Assembly: GCA_965242725.1 (NCBI GenBank)
Contig: CBDESZ010000016.1
Location: 256,001-320,000, forward strand
From: Alkalispirochaeta sp.
Lineage (GTDB): Bacteria; Spirochaetota; Spirochaetia; DSM-27196; Alkalispirochaetaceae
Reading direction: 5' to 3'
DNA length: 64,000 nt
The position numbers and the translations under genes are program-made. Shown here piece after piece: positions 19,655-28,990 of the stretch. Position 1 is the stretch's first letter; each line of letters starts with the position of its first letter. The notes beneath the pieces are model-generated. The model searched no databases, had not been told where the DNA came from, and saw nothing but the letters and a program-made list of their open reading frames with translations.

Positions 19655-20655
19655 TGTGCTGCTCCTGAACTGTTGGTCGGGCCCGAGGCGCCGCGACTGC
19701 CGGCGTCTTCGCGCCCTGCTGACCCGGACGTCGCACCGTACGCGGATCCGCCTGTTTTCAGTGATTCCACCATCGACCGCAACGTCGCCAGTTCCACAGG
19801 CAGGACCGACGTCTCGCTCTCCCTGATGATCGATCCGAGGCCGGAAATGAACTGCTCCGCCACACGCATGGCAACGGCGGTCCGCCCCTTGGGCAGACTG
19901 ATCGCCCCGGCTACATCGGTGATCCCTTCCGCCGTCGCAGCGGCAATGATCTCCGTCGCCTCTGCCCGACCCTCCGCTTCATTGATCCGCTTCTGCCGCT
20001 CTCCCTGGGAGAGGTTGATCGCCTGCTGGCGGTCTCCCTTGGAGGAATTGATCCGCGCTTCCCGGGTGCCTTCACTGAAGAGGATCTCGGCGCGCTTTTC
20101 CCGCTCCGCCCGAACCTGCTGTTCCATTGCGATCATTACCGTTTCCGACGGGGTAATATCCTTGATTTCATAGCGGGTAACTTTGATGCCCCAGGGGTCG
20201 GATGCCTCATCGACCGCCTTGACGATGGCGTCGTTTATGGCGTCCCGCTCTGAGAAGCTCCGGTCCAGTTCGATTTTGCCGATCTCCGAACGCATCGTCG
20301 TCTGAGCGAGCTGGGAGGTGGCGAAACGGTAATTGTCTATTCCGTAGCTTGCCTTTTCCGGGTCCACGACCTGGAGGTACAACACGCCGTCCACGCTCAC
20401 CTGGACGTTGTCCTTGGTGATGCAGAGCTGCGGCGGTACATCGATGACCTCCTCTTTCAGAAGTTGCTTGTAGGCAACCTTTTGCACGACCGGAATCACA
20501 AGGTGAAATCCCGGTCCCATGGTACGCTGATACTTTCCAAACTGTTCCACCACCCACGCATGCTGTTCCGGCACGATGCGTATCAGCTTAAAGAAGATGG
20601 TGAAGACGAGGATCAGCAGGACGAGAGACGAGGCATAGACCCCAATGACACTCAT
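19651..20655 (-). CDS. SPFH/band 7 (stomatin-like) protein, second paralog
   Basis: ITKDNVQVSVDG, QLAQTTMRSEIG, WGIKVTRYEI; ATGA overlaps at both ends. Confidence 0.92.
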   Translation of the reverse strand: MSVIGVYASSLVLLILVFTIFFKLIRIVPEQHAWVVEQFGKYQRTMGPGFHLVIPVVQKVAYKQLLKEEVIDVPPQLCITKDNVQVSVDGVLYLQVVDPEKASYGIDNYRFATSQLAQTTMRSEIGKIELDRSFSERDAINDAIVKAVDEASDPWGIKVTRYEIKDITPSETVMIAMEQQVRAEREKRAEILFSEGTREARINSSKGDRQQAINLSQGERQKRINEAEGRAEATEIIAAATAEGITDVAGAISLPKGRTAVAMRVAEQFISGLGSIIRESETSVLPVELATLRSMVESLKTGGSAYGATSGSAGREDAGSRGASGPTNSSGAAQ

Positions 20656-21107
20656 GTTTCCTCCCTGTTCAAGAGATCGCCTGCGGTGACGATGTAGTTG
20701 AGATTTTCTTTTTTCAGAATCGTAACGGTGGCACCTGGAGGTATAGACTCCCCGTAGGACACCGCATTCCATGACGTTCCGTGAATACGGATACGTCCCG
20801 ATTTTTCCGGAGATATCTCTTCAATGACTTCGGCGGTTTTACCGACATCGGCATCTTCATTCCCGATCGCGACGTCGCCCTTGAACCATCGGGCCGCGTA
20901 CTTCCGCAGCACCCCCAGAGACAGACCGCTCGTTGCCGCCCAGATGACAAGCTGCAGGGGCAGGCGATCTGCGAGACCGGGGACGACAATAACGAGAAGG
21001 GAGTTCAACAACGCACCGAGGCCGAAGAAGAATACGACAAATTCAGGAATGATGAACTCCGACCCAATGAGAAGGAGTCCGAGAACCGCCCAAATTGTTG
21101 CGCTCAC
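20652..21107 (-). CDS. NfeD family (YbbJ-like) membrane protein
   Basis: Hydrophobic N-terminus and OB-fold G.I.I.GTSW.A motif; adjacent to SPFH genes. Confidence 0.88.
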   Translation of the reverse strand: MSATIWAVLGLLLIGSEFIIPEFVVFFFGLGALLNSLLVIVVPGLADRLPLQLVIWAATSGLSLGVLRKYAARWFKGDVAIGNEDADVGKTAEVIEEISPEKSGRIRIHGTSWNAVSYGESIPPGATVTILKKENLNYIVTAGDLLNREET

Positions 21108-21167
21108 TCAGGTACTGTAGGGTCTCTCCCCGTCCAAGTCAACGGAGTCCGGAATGAACATTCATTC

Positions 21168-22028
21168 TTAATGAGGGTTTTTTGTCGCGTCGAGCAACTT
21201 CGATTTCAGTTCCCCTGCGCCGGTGGTGGAGAGGTCAAAGATCGGTCTCTCCGGAATGAGGGCGCGGCAGGCATCGCGGTCGGCGGCTGTACAGAGGACG
21301 GCGTCGACCTTCTCGATTTCGCTCAGATCCCGGGGAGAGGAAAGGTCATAGAGAAGAATCTTGTTGGCGTGTCGCGACAACGCCCGCGCCGTGGCGGTGA
21401 CGCCGCGCTTGATGGTCATCTCGTCGGTCCCGCCGGCGCGCTTGCCGGTGTCGTCATCTCCGGCGTGACCCATCGTCCTCTTCCAGAAACTGCGATAGGA
21501 GTGGACGACCACTGTGGAAAGCTCCGTCGCCAGTTCCGTCGTGCGAACGCCATCGCCGACGACGGCTACGTGTTTTACGTAGTAGGGACGGACCACCGGC
21601 GGAATGAACCGCCACCACTCATACGGTGCGCGACGAATCATCGACGCCGAAACGGGAATATTGCTCCGACCCGGATCGACGGGAATGAAATTGGCGTCCA
21701 GCTCGGCAGCGAGGTCCCATCCGTACTCCTCTGACGCAAAAACGTGGTGCACCGGTTCGGGGACGGCGTCACGAACGGTCCGTGCCCAGATTGCAGTCGC
21801 TCCGGCCGCGCCGCGACGTGCCTCGGGGATTTCCTCGGTGATATGGACGGTCCTGCACGTCGGCGCCAGTTCACTGACCCAGCGATACCTGAGATCTCCG
21901 GGAATCGACTCATGGGACAGGGTGCATACGAGGATGTACAATGTATCAACCATATGCCGGGCAAAATCGATGAGGTATAAATGGCCGTTGTGGGGCGGCA
22001 TAAATCGCCCGATGATGACGCCGTTCAT
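21168..22028 (-). CDS. NadR-like nicotinamide-nucleotide adenylyltransferase with a degenerate kinase domain
   Basis: GRFMPPHNGH (HxGH), VFASEEYG, VSASMIRR.P..WW.FIP..VRPYYVK. Confidence 0.8.
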   Translation of the reverse strand: MNGVIIGRFMPPHNGHLYLIDFARHMVDTLYILVCTLSHESIPGDLRYRWVSELAPTCRTVHITEEIPEARRGAAGATAIWARTVRDAVPEPVHHVFASEEYGWDLAAELDANFIPVDPGRSNIPVSASMIRRAPYEWWRFIPPVVRPYYVKHVAVVGDGVRTTELATELSTVVVHSYRSFWKRTMGHAGDDDTGKRAGGTDEMTIKRGVTATARALSRHANKILLYDLSSPRDLSEIEKVDAVLCTAADRDACRALIPERPIFDLSTTGAGELKSKLLDATKNPH

Positions 22029-22078
22029 GGTATGGTGGTACAGTACCGGCTTTCGCCCGGCTCTCGCAAGGAGGACGT

Positions 22079-23155
22079 ATGCGTATTGGATTTGACCTCG
22101 GTGGTACAAAGATGCTCGCCGCCGTCATCGACGACAGCGGAACAATCATCGCCCGAAACAAGAACCGTACCGAAGGTTCGGACAACGAGACGGTCTACGC
22201 AAAGATCCTTCAAACCATCGACGGCGCGCTGAAAAAAGGCGGAATCCCCGCAGGTGACGTCAGCGAAATCGGCATTGCCGTACCGGGCCCCATCGATGCC
22301 GAGGAGGGGCGTATCCTCCAGCCGCCCAACCTCGCGCTCCGTGATTTTCCCCTCGCCCGGCGTCTCACCGAAGACCGGGGGCTTAAGGTCCTGCTTGAAA
22401 ACGATGTAAACGCCGGCCTCTGGGGCGAGTTTATCGCCGGCGCCGCCCGCGACTATCGACATGTCATTGGAATTTTCCCGGGCACGGGAATCGGCGGAGG
22501 CGTCATCATCAACGGCGAGCTCTTTCGCGGCAAGAAAGGGCGGGCCGGAGAGATCGGACACATCACCGTCCAGAGCGACGGGCGCCGGTGCGGCTGCGGC
22601 AACCACGGCTGCCTGGAGACCGTCGCGTCCAAGACGGCGATCGCCCGGGATCTCGCGCTTCTCGCGATGAACGGCCAGTCTCCCATCCTTGCCGCTGCGG
22701 GAGCGACGGACATCACCCAGATCAAGAGCGGTCTCATTAAGAAGGCTCTGGACGCCGGTGATCCCGGTGTTGCGGAGGTTGTAGATCAGGCGGCGTACTT
22801 TCTGGGAATCGGAATGGCGGCGATGGTGAACGTCTTTGATCCGGAAATGGTCCTCCTCGGCGGCGGGCTTGTTGAAAAACTCGGGGCGCCCTTTATCGCC
22901 GCTGCGGAAGAGGCGATGCGCCGTCGGGCGATGCCCAACCTCGTAGAAGGGGTGGTGGTGACGGAAGCACAGCTTGGTGACGATGCGGTGATCCTCGGAG
23001 CCGCCGACCTGGCCGTGCGGAAGTGGGCCGCCGCATCTGCCGCTGACACCGACGGTGTACCTGGCACGGTCGCACCGGCATCCGCCTCCAACGCCGGCGG
23101 CCGTACCGGTAACAAACGGACCCGAAACGGAGGCAAGGCACGGAACCATGACTAA
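22079..23155 (+). CDS. ROK family sugar kinase
   Basis: GFDLGGTK, ENDVNA, GTGIGGG, GEIGH and CGCGNHGCLE motifs. Confidence 0.92.
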   Translation: MRIGFDLGGTKMLAAVIDDSGTIIARNKNRTEGSDNETVYAKILQTIDGALKKGGIPAGDVSEIGIAVPGPIDAEEGRILQPPNLALRDFPLARRLTEDRGLKVLLENDVNAGLWGEFIAGAARDYRHVIGIFPGTGIGGGVIINGELFRGKKGRAGEIGHITVQSDGRRCGCGNHGCLETVASKTAIARDLALLAMNGQSPILAAAGATDITQIKSGLIKKALDAGDPGVAEVVDQAAYFLGIGMAAMVNVFDPEMVLLGGGLVEKLGAPFIAAAEEAMRRRAMPNLVEGVVVTEAQLGDDAVILGAADLAVRKWAAASAADTDGVPGTVAPASASNAGGRTGNKRTRNGGKARNHD

Positions 23156-24770
23156 AAAGCCCAAAGGTATGGAAACGGAAAACCGGGGACACTCCGCCCG
23201 GGGAAACGCCACGGGCGATACTGAAAACAAGCATGACGATACACCGCGACTCGTCTCGGTGATCGACATCGGATCCACGGCAATACGCGTCGTCGTCGCG
23301 CAGATACACAAGGATCTCACCTGGACCACCGTGGACCGCGCATCCCGTCCCCTTTCCCTCGGCCGTGACGTATTCATGACGGGATATCTCAGTACCGACT
23401 CAATGCGCGACGCCGTTCGCATCCTCAAGAGCTTCAAGGAACTCCTCGGGGGATGGCGCATCGCCCCCGACGATGTCCGTATTATCGCCACCGCGGCGAT
23501 TCGGGAGGCAAAAAACCGGGACACCTTTCTCGACCGCGTCCAGATCCGCACGGGCTTCCGCATCGACATCGTGGAAGGGATTGAGGAGAACCACCTCACC
23601 TACATCGCCGTACAGCACGCAATCAACGACCTGCGACCGCAGTTCGCCCGCTCAAGTGCGATGATCCTGGAAGTCGGCGGAGGAACGACTGAAATCATGC
23701 TCCTCCAGCGGGGGCGCATGGTGGGCGCCCACTCCCTGCGCATCGGCACCCTCCGGGTTGAACAGCAGGTTCAGCCCAACCTCACCGACAGCGATCGCAT
23801 TGAAGAGTACCTCCGTGAAAACATCCGGGTGAATCGTGAGGTCCTCAATACCGAACTTCGTCTTGACAGGATTCGGTACTTTGTCGCCGTAGGCGGAGAT
23901 GCCCGGATCGCCGCGGCCAGGGTCGGACACAAGGAGGGGGAGCACTTTTCAGTCATAGAACGGGAGCGCTTTGACACCTTTCTCCGGGACCTGCAGCGGC
24001 GCAGCCTCGATGAATGCGTCCGGGAGCTCCGCCTCACCTACACCGAGGTGGAGGGGCTCGTACCAGCTCTGGTGACCTACAAACTCTTCATGGATGCCAC
24101 GGCGGCGGACCAGCTTATCGTGCCCGACGTGAGTATTCGCGAGGGGGTGCTCCTCAACTTCACGGTAGGCACCCACCACCCCATGCGGGAAGAGTTTTCC
24201 GAGCAGGTCATCAACTCAACGGTCGGGCTGGGGCGCAAGTACCATTTCGACGAGCATCACGGAATGCATGTGGCCAAACTGTCGGTAAGTCTCTTTGACC
24301 AGTTCTCCGCCGAACACGGCATTGAAGGTCATGGACGCCTCCTGTTGGAGGTGGCGGCGATCATTCACGACATCGGAAACTTCGTCCGCGCCTCGGGACA
24401 TCACAAGCACGGTCAGTACATCATCGAAAACTCAGAAATATTCGGCCTCTCCCGATCGGACATTCGCATCGTGGCCAACGTCGTCAGATATCATCGCGGC
24501 GGTACGCCGTCGTCGGGTCACACAAACTACGTCTCCCTTCGGCGGGAGCACCGCATGCTCGTCCTGAAGCTCGCCGCCCTCCTGCGGGTGGCCGACGCAC
24601 TGGATCGGGGGCACGTGCAGCGGGTCCGCAGTTTCCAGTTGGAGCAGGGAGACGAGGACGTGGTTCTTCACTGCGAGTACAGCGGGGATATTTCGATTGA
24701 GGAGTACGGCCTGCGTCTCAAGGGGCGACTTTTCGAGGAAGTCTTCGGATATGGAGTAACGGTAACATGA
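23148..24770 (+). CDS. ppx: Exopolyphosphatase Ppx/GppA with HD domain
   Basis: IDIGSTAIR, ATAAIREAKN, EVGGGTTE, SIREG and IHDIG motifs; GGAGG upstream. Confidence 0.9.
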   Translation: MTKKPKGMETENRGHSARGNATGDTENKHDDTPRLVSVIDIGSTAIRVVVAQIHKDLTWTTVDRASRPLSLGRDVFMTGYLSTDSMRDAVRILKSFKELLGGWRIAPDDVRIIATAAIREAKNRDTFLDRVQIRTGFRIDIVEGIEENHLTYIAVQHAINDLRPQFARSSAMILEVGGGTTEIMLLQRGRMVGAHSLRIGTLRVEQQVQPNLTDSDRIEEYLRENIRVNREVLNTELRLDRIRYFVAVGGDARIAAARVGHKEGEHFSVIERERFDTFLRDLQRRSLDECVRELRLTYTEVEGLVPALVTYKLFMDATAADQLIVPDVSIREGVLLNFTVGTHHPMREEFSEQVINSTVGLGRKYHFDEHHGMHVAKLSVSLFDQFSAEHGIEGHGRLLLEVAAIIHDIGNFVRASGHHKHGQYIIENSEIFGLSRSDIRIVANVVRYHRGGTPSSGHTNYVSLRREHRMLVLKLAALLRVADALDRGHVQRVRSFQLEQGDEDVVLHCEYSGDISIEEYGLRLKGRLFEEVFGYGVTVT

Positions 24771-26917
24771 GCGAAAACACGACGGGAACGATGCACCCTC
24801 TCTACTTCAACCGGGAGCTCAGCTGGATCGAGTTCAACGCCCGGGTCCTCTCGGAGGCTGAAAACCCCGGAGTGCCCCTCCTGGAACGGCTGAAATTCCT
24901 GAGCATCGTTTCTTCAAACTTCGATGAGTTTTTCATGGTTAGGGTGGCGTCGCTGAAGCGGCAGCTCCGCATGGGTAAGCCTTCCACCTGTCCCACCAGA
25001 ATGACGCCCCGGGAGCAGCTTGAAAGGATTTACCGCCGGGTGAGGGAGATAAACGCACGAAAGTACCGCACCCTCCTTGACGACATCTTTCCGGCGCTGG
25101 AAAACGAAGGTATACGCCGCGTCAGGCCACCGCAATGGGACGGCGAGCAGCAGGGATATGTGCGACACTTCTTCCGGGACAAGGTCTTCCCTGTACTCAC
25201 CCCCGTGCGCGCCACCATCGGGGAACCGCTGCGGACCATCGGCAACCTGCGCCTCCACGCCGCATTCCTGCTCTCTCCCCAGGAGGAGACGAAAAAAGAG
25301 CGTCCCGACGAGGGCGACGGGCCGTTCCTCGTGGTGGTACAGGTGCCTTCCAGTCTGGAGCGGGTCGTCTACCTTCCCTCGGACAAGCCCTCGACCCTCT
25401 CTTTCACGTTCCTTGAGCAGGTCATCCTCGCCGAGTCGTATCAGCTCTTTCCGGGATACACAATTCAGGACCAGTGCCTCTTCCGGGTGACCAGGGACGC
25501 CGATTTCGGTGTCGACGAGGAGCGGGACGAGGACTTCATGGAGGCGATGGAGCAGATCGTCGAGACCCGCGATTTCAGCGATGCCGTACGTCTCAACGTC
25601 AACCAGGGCTCGGAGCAGCTGCGGAAGATCCTCACCGAGGCGTTTGAGCTTGAGGAAAGCGAGGTCTTCATTTCACCGGATCCCCTGGAGCTGCGGAATC
25701 TCATGGACATCGTCGCCATAGACGGGTATTCCCACCTTCGGGATGAGCCGTGGAAGACGATGCAGTCGGTGTGGGTCGATGAAGAGGAGACGATGTGGGA
25801 AAACATCCGTCGTCGGGACATCCTTCTCCACCACCCCTATGAGAGTTTTGACCCCGTGGTGCGCCTCGTCCAGGAGGCGGCGACGGACCCGGATACGCTG
25901 GCGATTAAAATGACCCTTTACCGCACCAGCGGCTCCTCCCCCATCGTACGGGCCCTTGAAAAGGCCGCCGAAGAGGGAAAGCAGGTTTCCGTCCTGGTGG
26001 AGCTGAAGGCGCGTTTTGATGAAGAGCGGAACATCGGATGGGCACAGCGTCTGGAACGGGCGGGAGTTATCGTCGTCTACGGAATTGCCCGCCTCAAGGT
26101 ACACGCCAAGGCGCTCATGATCGTCCGCCGCGAACGGAGCGGTATCAAACGGTACGTGCACCTCGGAACGGGCAACTACAACGAGAAGACCGCCCGACTC
26201 TATACCGATCTGGGATATCTGACCGCCGACGACCGTCTCACCTATGAAGTGGGTCTCTTCTTCAACGCAATTACCGGATATTCAGTCATTCCCGGGCTGA
26301 AGAAGCTCTACATCGCCCCGATCGCATTGAAAAACCGTCTCCTTGAGCTCATCCGCCGGGAGGGCAGTCGCGCCGAAGGGTCCGGATCGGGTCTCATCGT
26401 CGCCAAGCTGAACGCTCTCGCCGACCCGGAGGTCATCGACGCCCTGTATGAGGCGGCACAGAAGGGGGTGACGATAAAACTCAACGTACGGGGAATCTGT
26501 ATGCTCGTTCCCGGGATACCGGGGTTGAGCGAGAATATCCGTGTCGTAAGCGTGGTGGACCGCTATCTGGAGCACGTCCGGGCTTTCTGGTTTGAAAACG
26601 GCGGTGCCGCTGAATCGTACCTTTCAAGCGCCGACTGGATGCCGAGAAATCTGGAAAAGCGGGTGGAGCTGATGTTTCCCGTCGAAAACCCCGACATCCA
26701 GCGGCGCATTAAGAAAACCCTGGACCTCTTCTTTCTCGACAATACCAAGGCGCACGTCCTGCACGGTGACGGCACCTGGACACGAATCGTCCCGAAGAAA
26801 AATGCAAAACCATTTCGCGCCCAGGAAGAGGCGTACAAGGGACTGCAGGCGCGCCTCGTCAGTGATGAATCGGAGAATCGTCAGGTCTTCAAGGTACGTA
26901 GAAAACCGCCGGAGTGA
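24767..26917 (+). CDS. ppk1: Polyphosphate kinase 1
   Basis: YFNRELSW, SSNFDEFFMVRV, LHHPYESF, ELKARFDEE, KVHAK, SSADWMPRNL motifs. Confidence 0.97.
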   Translation: MSENTTGTMHPLYFNRELSWIEFNARVLSEAENPGVPLLERLKFLSIVSSNFDEFFMVRVASLKRQLRMGKPSTCPTRMTPREQLERIYRRVREINARKYRTLLDDIFPALENEGIRRVRPPQWDGEQQGYVRHFFRDKVFPVLTPVRATIGEPLRTIGNLRLHAAFLLSPQEETKKERPDEGDGPFLVVVQVPSSLERVVYLPSDKPSTLSFTFLEQVILAESYQLFPGYTIQDQCLFRVTRDADFGVDEERDEDFMEAMEQIVETRDFSDAVRLNVNQGSEQLRKILTEAFELEESEVFISPDPLELRNLMDIVAIDGYSHLRDEPWKTMQSVWVDEEETMWENIRRRDILLHHPYESFDPVVRLVQEAATDPDTLAIKMTLYRTSGSSPIVRALEKAAEEGKQVSVLVELKARFDEERNIGWAQRLERAGVIVVYGIARLKVHAKALMIVRRERSGIKRYVHLGTGNYNEKTARLYTDLGYLTADDRLTYEVGLFFNAITGYSVIPGLKKLYIAPIALKNRLLELIRREGSRAEGSGSGLIVAKLNALADPEVIDALYEAAQKGVTIKLNVRGICMLVPGIPGLSENIRVVSVVDRYLEHVRAFWFENGGAAESYLSSADWMPRNLEKRVELMFPVENPDIQRRIKKTLDLFFLDNTKAHVLHGDGTWTRIVPKKNAKPFRAQEEAYKGLQARLVSDESENRQVFKVRRKPPE

Positions 26918-26921
26918 TGAA

Positions 26922-27161
26922 ATGAAAACAGTAGCAGCCTTTCCCGATCGCGTCAGGGCGGAACACGCCCTCGGCTTTCTGCGGAACAACAGGGTGGACG
27001 CGATTATCTGGAGCGACGATGCCGGCGGGCTCAACCCGGCCATCGGGTTTGTCGAGTCCTACCAGTTGCGTGTCCGCGATGAGGACGTCGGTCTCGCCGA
27101 GGAACTCCTCTCCGACTTTGGAATGGTGTCACGCGACGAGGATCAGGAGCAGCGCCATTGA
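26922..27161 (+). CDS. Small DUF2007-like (putative signal-transducing) protein
   Basis: MKTVAAF..AEHALGFL...DDAGG...LRV..ED...A.ELL pattern; directly follows ppk1. Confidence 0.65.
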   Translation: MKTVAAFPDRVRAEHALGFLRNNRVDAIIWSDDAGGLNPAIGFVESYQLRVRDEDVGLAEELLSDFGMVSRDEDQEQRH

Positions 27162-28928
27162 CGCAAAGCCGCTCACGGCATTGACCGCGTCATTGGTCAT
27201 TCCGCGGAACCCGCGGACGAGACGGTTTGTCGCGCCGCCGGCGTCGATCCGTTTCTCCGTGTAGCCGCCCTTGATGCGGTCCCAATACTGTGCCTGGACG
27301 CTGGCACCGAGAATGCTGTCGATGAGGCTTCCCAGAAAACCGCCTGCGGTAATGGCCGCGACCATCGGCATGAGCTCTCCAAGGTTCCAGCCGTGGGTCG
27401 CAACGTATCCCGCCGCAAACCATACCGCGATAAAGAGTGCCCCGCCCGTCGCGGCGGTGAGGCCGAGGGGACTCACCCCGCCGCTGGTACCGCGGGGAAT
27501 GCGTCGGAGGGTGATGATTGAACGTGGTTCCCTCCGGCTCAACACGCCTATTTCACTCGCCCACGTGTCCGCATTGGCCGCGGCGAGGGCGATGGCAAAT
27601 CCAAACATGAAAAAGGGACTGCCGGTTATTCCATGTCCCACCGCCGTCAGGGCTGCCAGCCCCCCATTGGCCAGTACCTGCACCGCATCACGGCGTGCGC
27701 CTTTTTCGTGTATCTCCTCCGCCTGACTCCGGGCAGCTCTCATTCTCCGTGCCCCCGTTCCGGGGCCCGTAAAGGTAAGGCGACTCAGGGCACTTGAGGA
27801 AATAAAGAACGCCATCAGTACCGACCAGTAGAAGCCGCCGCCGGAGAGAAATATGAGCAAGCCCACCGTCGCGCCCGCAACCGCTCCGGCGGCGGTGATC
27901 GCCCCTTTGAGATAGGCTGCCGAGGCAAAGAGGATGTTCAGACCCAGCGCCCAGGCGAGGCGGACGATCCACGCCCCGGGCATCGCCATGAGGAGGGCCA
28001 ATACCGCAAAGGCGGCCAGAGGGATTGAGATGTTGTCCAATCCCCACGGAGTGAGCAGCTCAACCGCCGTTGCAGCGGCGGCAACAACAAATGCGACGGC
28101 GACCATCGTCGTCGGTTCCATCTCCCAGCTGACGGCGGTACCCAGGGTACCTTCCGAGACGCGGTCCACCACGAGACGGACCACTCCGTCCAGCCGGGAC
28201 AGCGCAACGAGGATGACGTTATCCGACGGACGGGCGACCCAGCTGTTCTCCGCGATCGCCCCTGAAAACCGGGTGAACCATCCCTGGAGGAGTTGCGGTC
28301 CCGTCGCGACGGCGTTCGGTTCGACGGAAGGAAATGCAACGACAACGGCCAGGACGACGACGGTCACCGCGAAGGAAAACAGGAACATCGCCGTCGTACC
28401 GGCTGCGCTTTTGCGTCCACCCGGTACGGAGAAACGGGATGAACCGCCGGCTGCAAAAGAGTCTCCAAACCGTTCACCCGCAAGGGCCGCGCTGCCGTCG
28501 CCCCAGCCGAGGACGAGAGTTGCCACGAGCCCGTACCAGCGGGGAAAGAGGCCGGACCACGTCAGCAGAACGAGAAATACAAGCGCCACGGGAAAATAGA
28601 TGGTTCCGAGGTTTTTCCGCGGCTCGGGATGTTCCATCGCCGCAAAGATGTGGCGCCGGTAGGAGATATAGTTTATCAAAACGAATGAAAGCGGCCCGAT
28701 GAGGGCAACCGCAAGGTCATCGATGAAGATCATGGCGATGATCCACCAGTGGGCAACACCGATATGAACGATCTTCCGCGTCGCTCCGGGGCCGACCGCT
28801 TTCCGGTGCAGGAGCAGCTGGGCGACGCCGATGAAGGCAAAGATGAATGCAAAGGAGAGCACAAGTCCGAACCACTGTCCCGGGGGCGACATCCCGGCAA
28901 TCGCCCATTCAAATATTCCCGATTTCAT
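27129..28928 (-). CDS. Fusion of a CTP-dependent prenyl-alcohol kinase (phytol/dolichol kinase-like) and DUF92
   Basis: RKIVHIG, GTIYFP, WGDGSAALAG, KSAAG and GLDNISIP motifs, then R..VQVLANG, ANADTWASEIG, GTSGGVS.LG, DSILGA and NDAVN. Confidence 0.85.
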   Translation of the reverse strand: MKSGIFEWAIAGMSPPGQWFGLVLSFAFIFAFIGVAQLLLHRKAVGPGATRKIVHIGVAHWWIIAMIFIDDLAVALIGPLSFVLINYISYRRHIFAAMEHPEPRKNLGTIYFPVALVFLVLLTWSGLFPRWYGLVATLVLGWGDGSAALAGERFGDSFAAGGSSRFSVPGGRKSAAGTTAMFLFSFAVTVVVLAVVVAFPSVEPNAVATGPQLLQGWFTRFSGAIAENSWVARPSDNVILVALSRLDGVVRLVVDRVSEGTLGTAVSWEMEPTTMVAVAFVVAAAATAVELLTPWGLDNISIPLAAFAVLALLMAMPGAWIVRLAWALGLNILFASAAYLKGAITAAGAVAGATVGLLIFLSGGGFYWSVLMAFFISSSALSRLTFTGPGTGARRMRAARSQAEEIHEKGARRDAVQVLANGGLAALTAVGHGITGSPFFMFGFAIALAAANADTWASEIGVLSRREPRSIITLRRIPRGTSGGVSPLGLTAATGGALFIAVWFAAGYVATHGWNLGELMPMVAAITAGGFLGSLIDSILGASVQAQYWDRIKGGYTEKRIDAGGATNRLVRGFRGMTNDAVNAVSGFASMALLLILVA

Positions 28929-28990
28929 TTTTCCCTAATATAACGGAACCGCTTGTCAGGGCCCAGCCCACGGAGTAGCCTGTGGGAACA

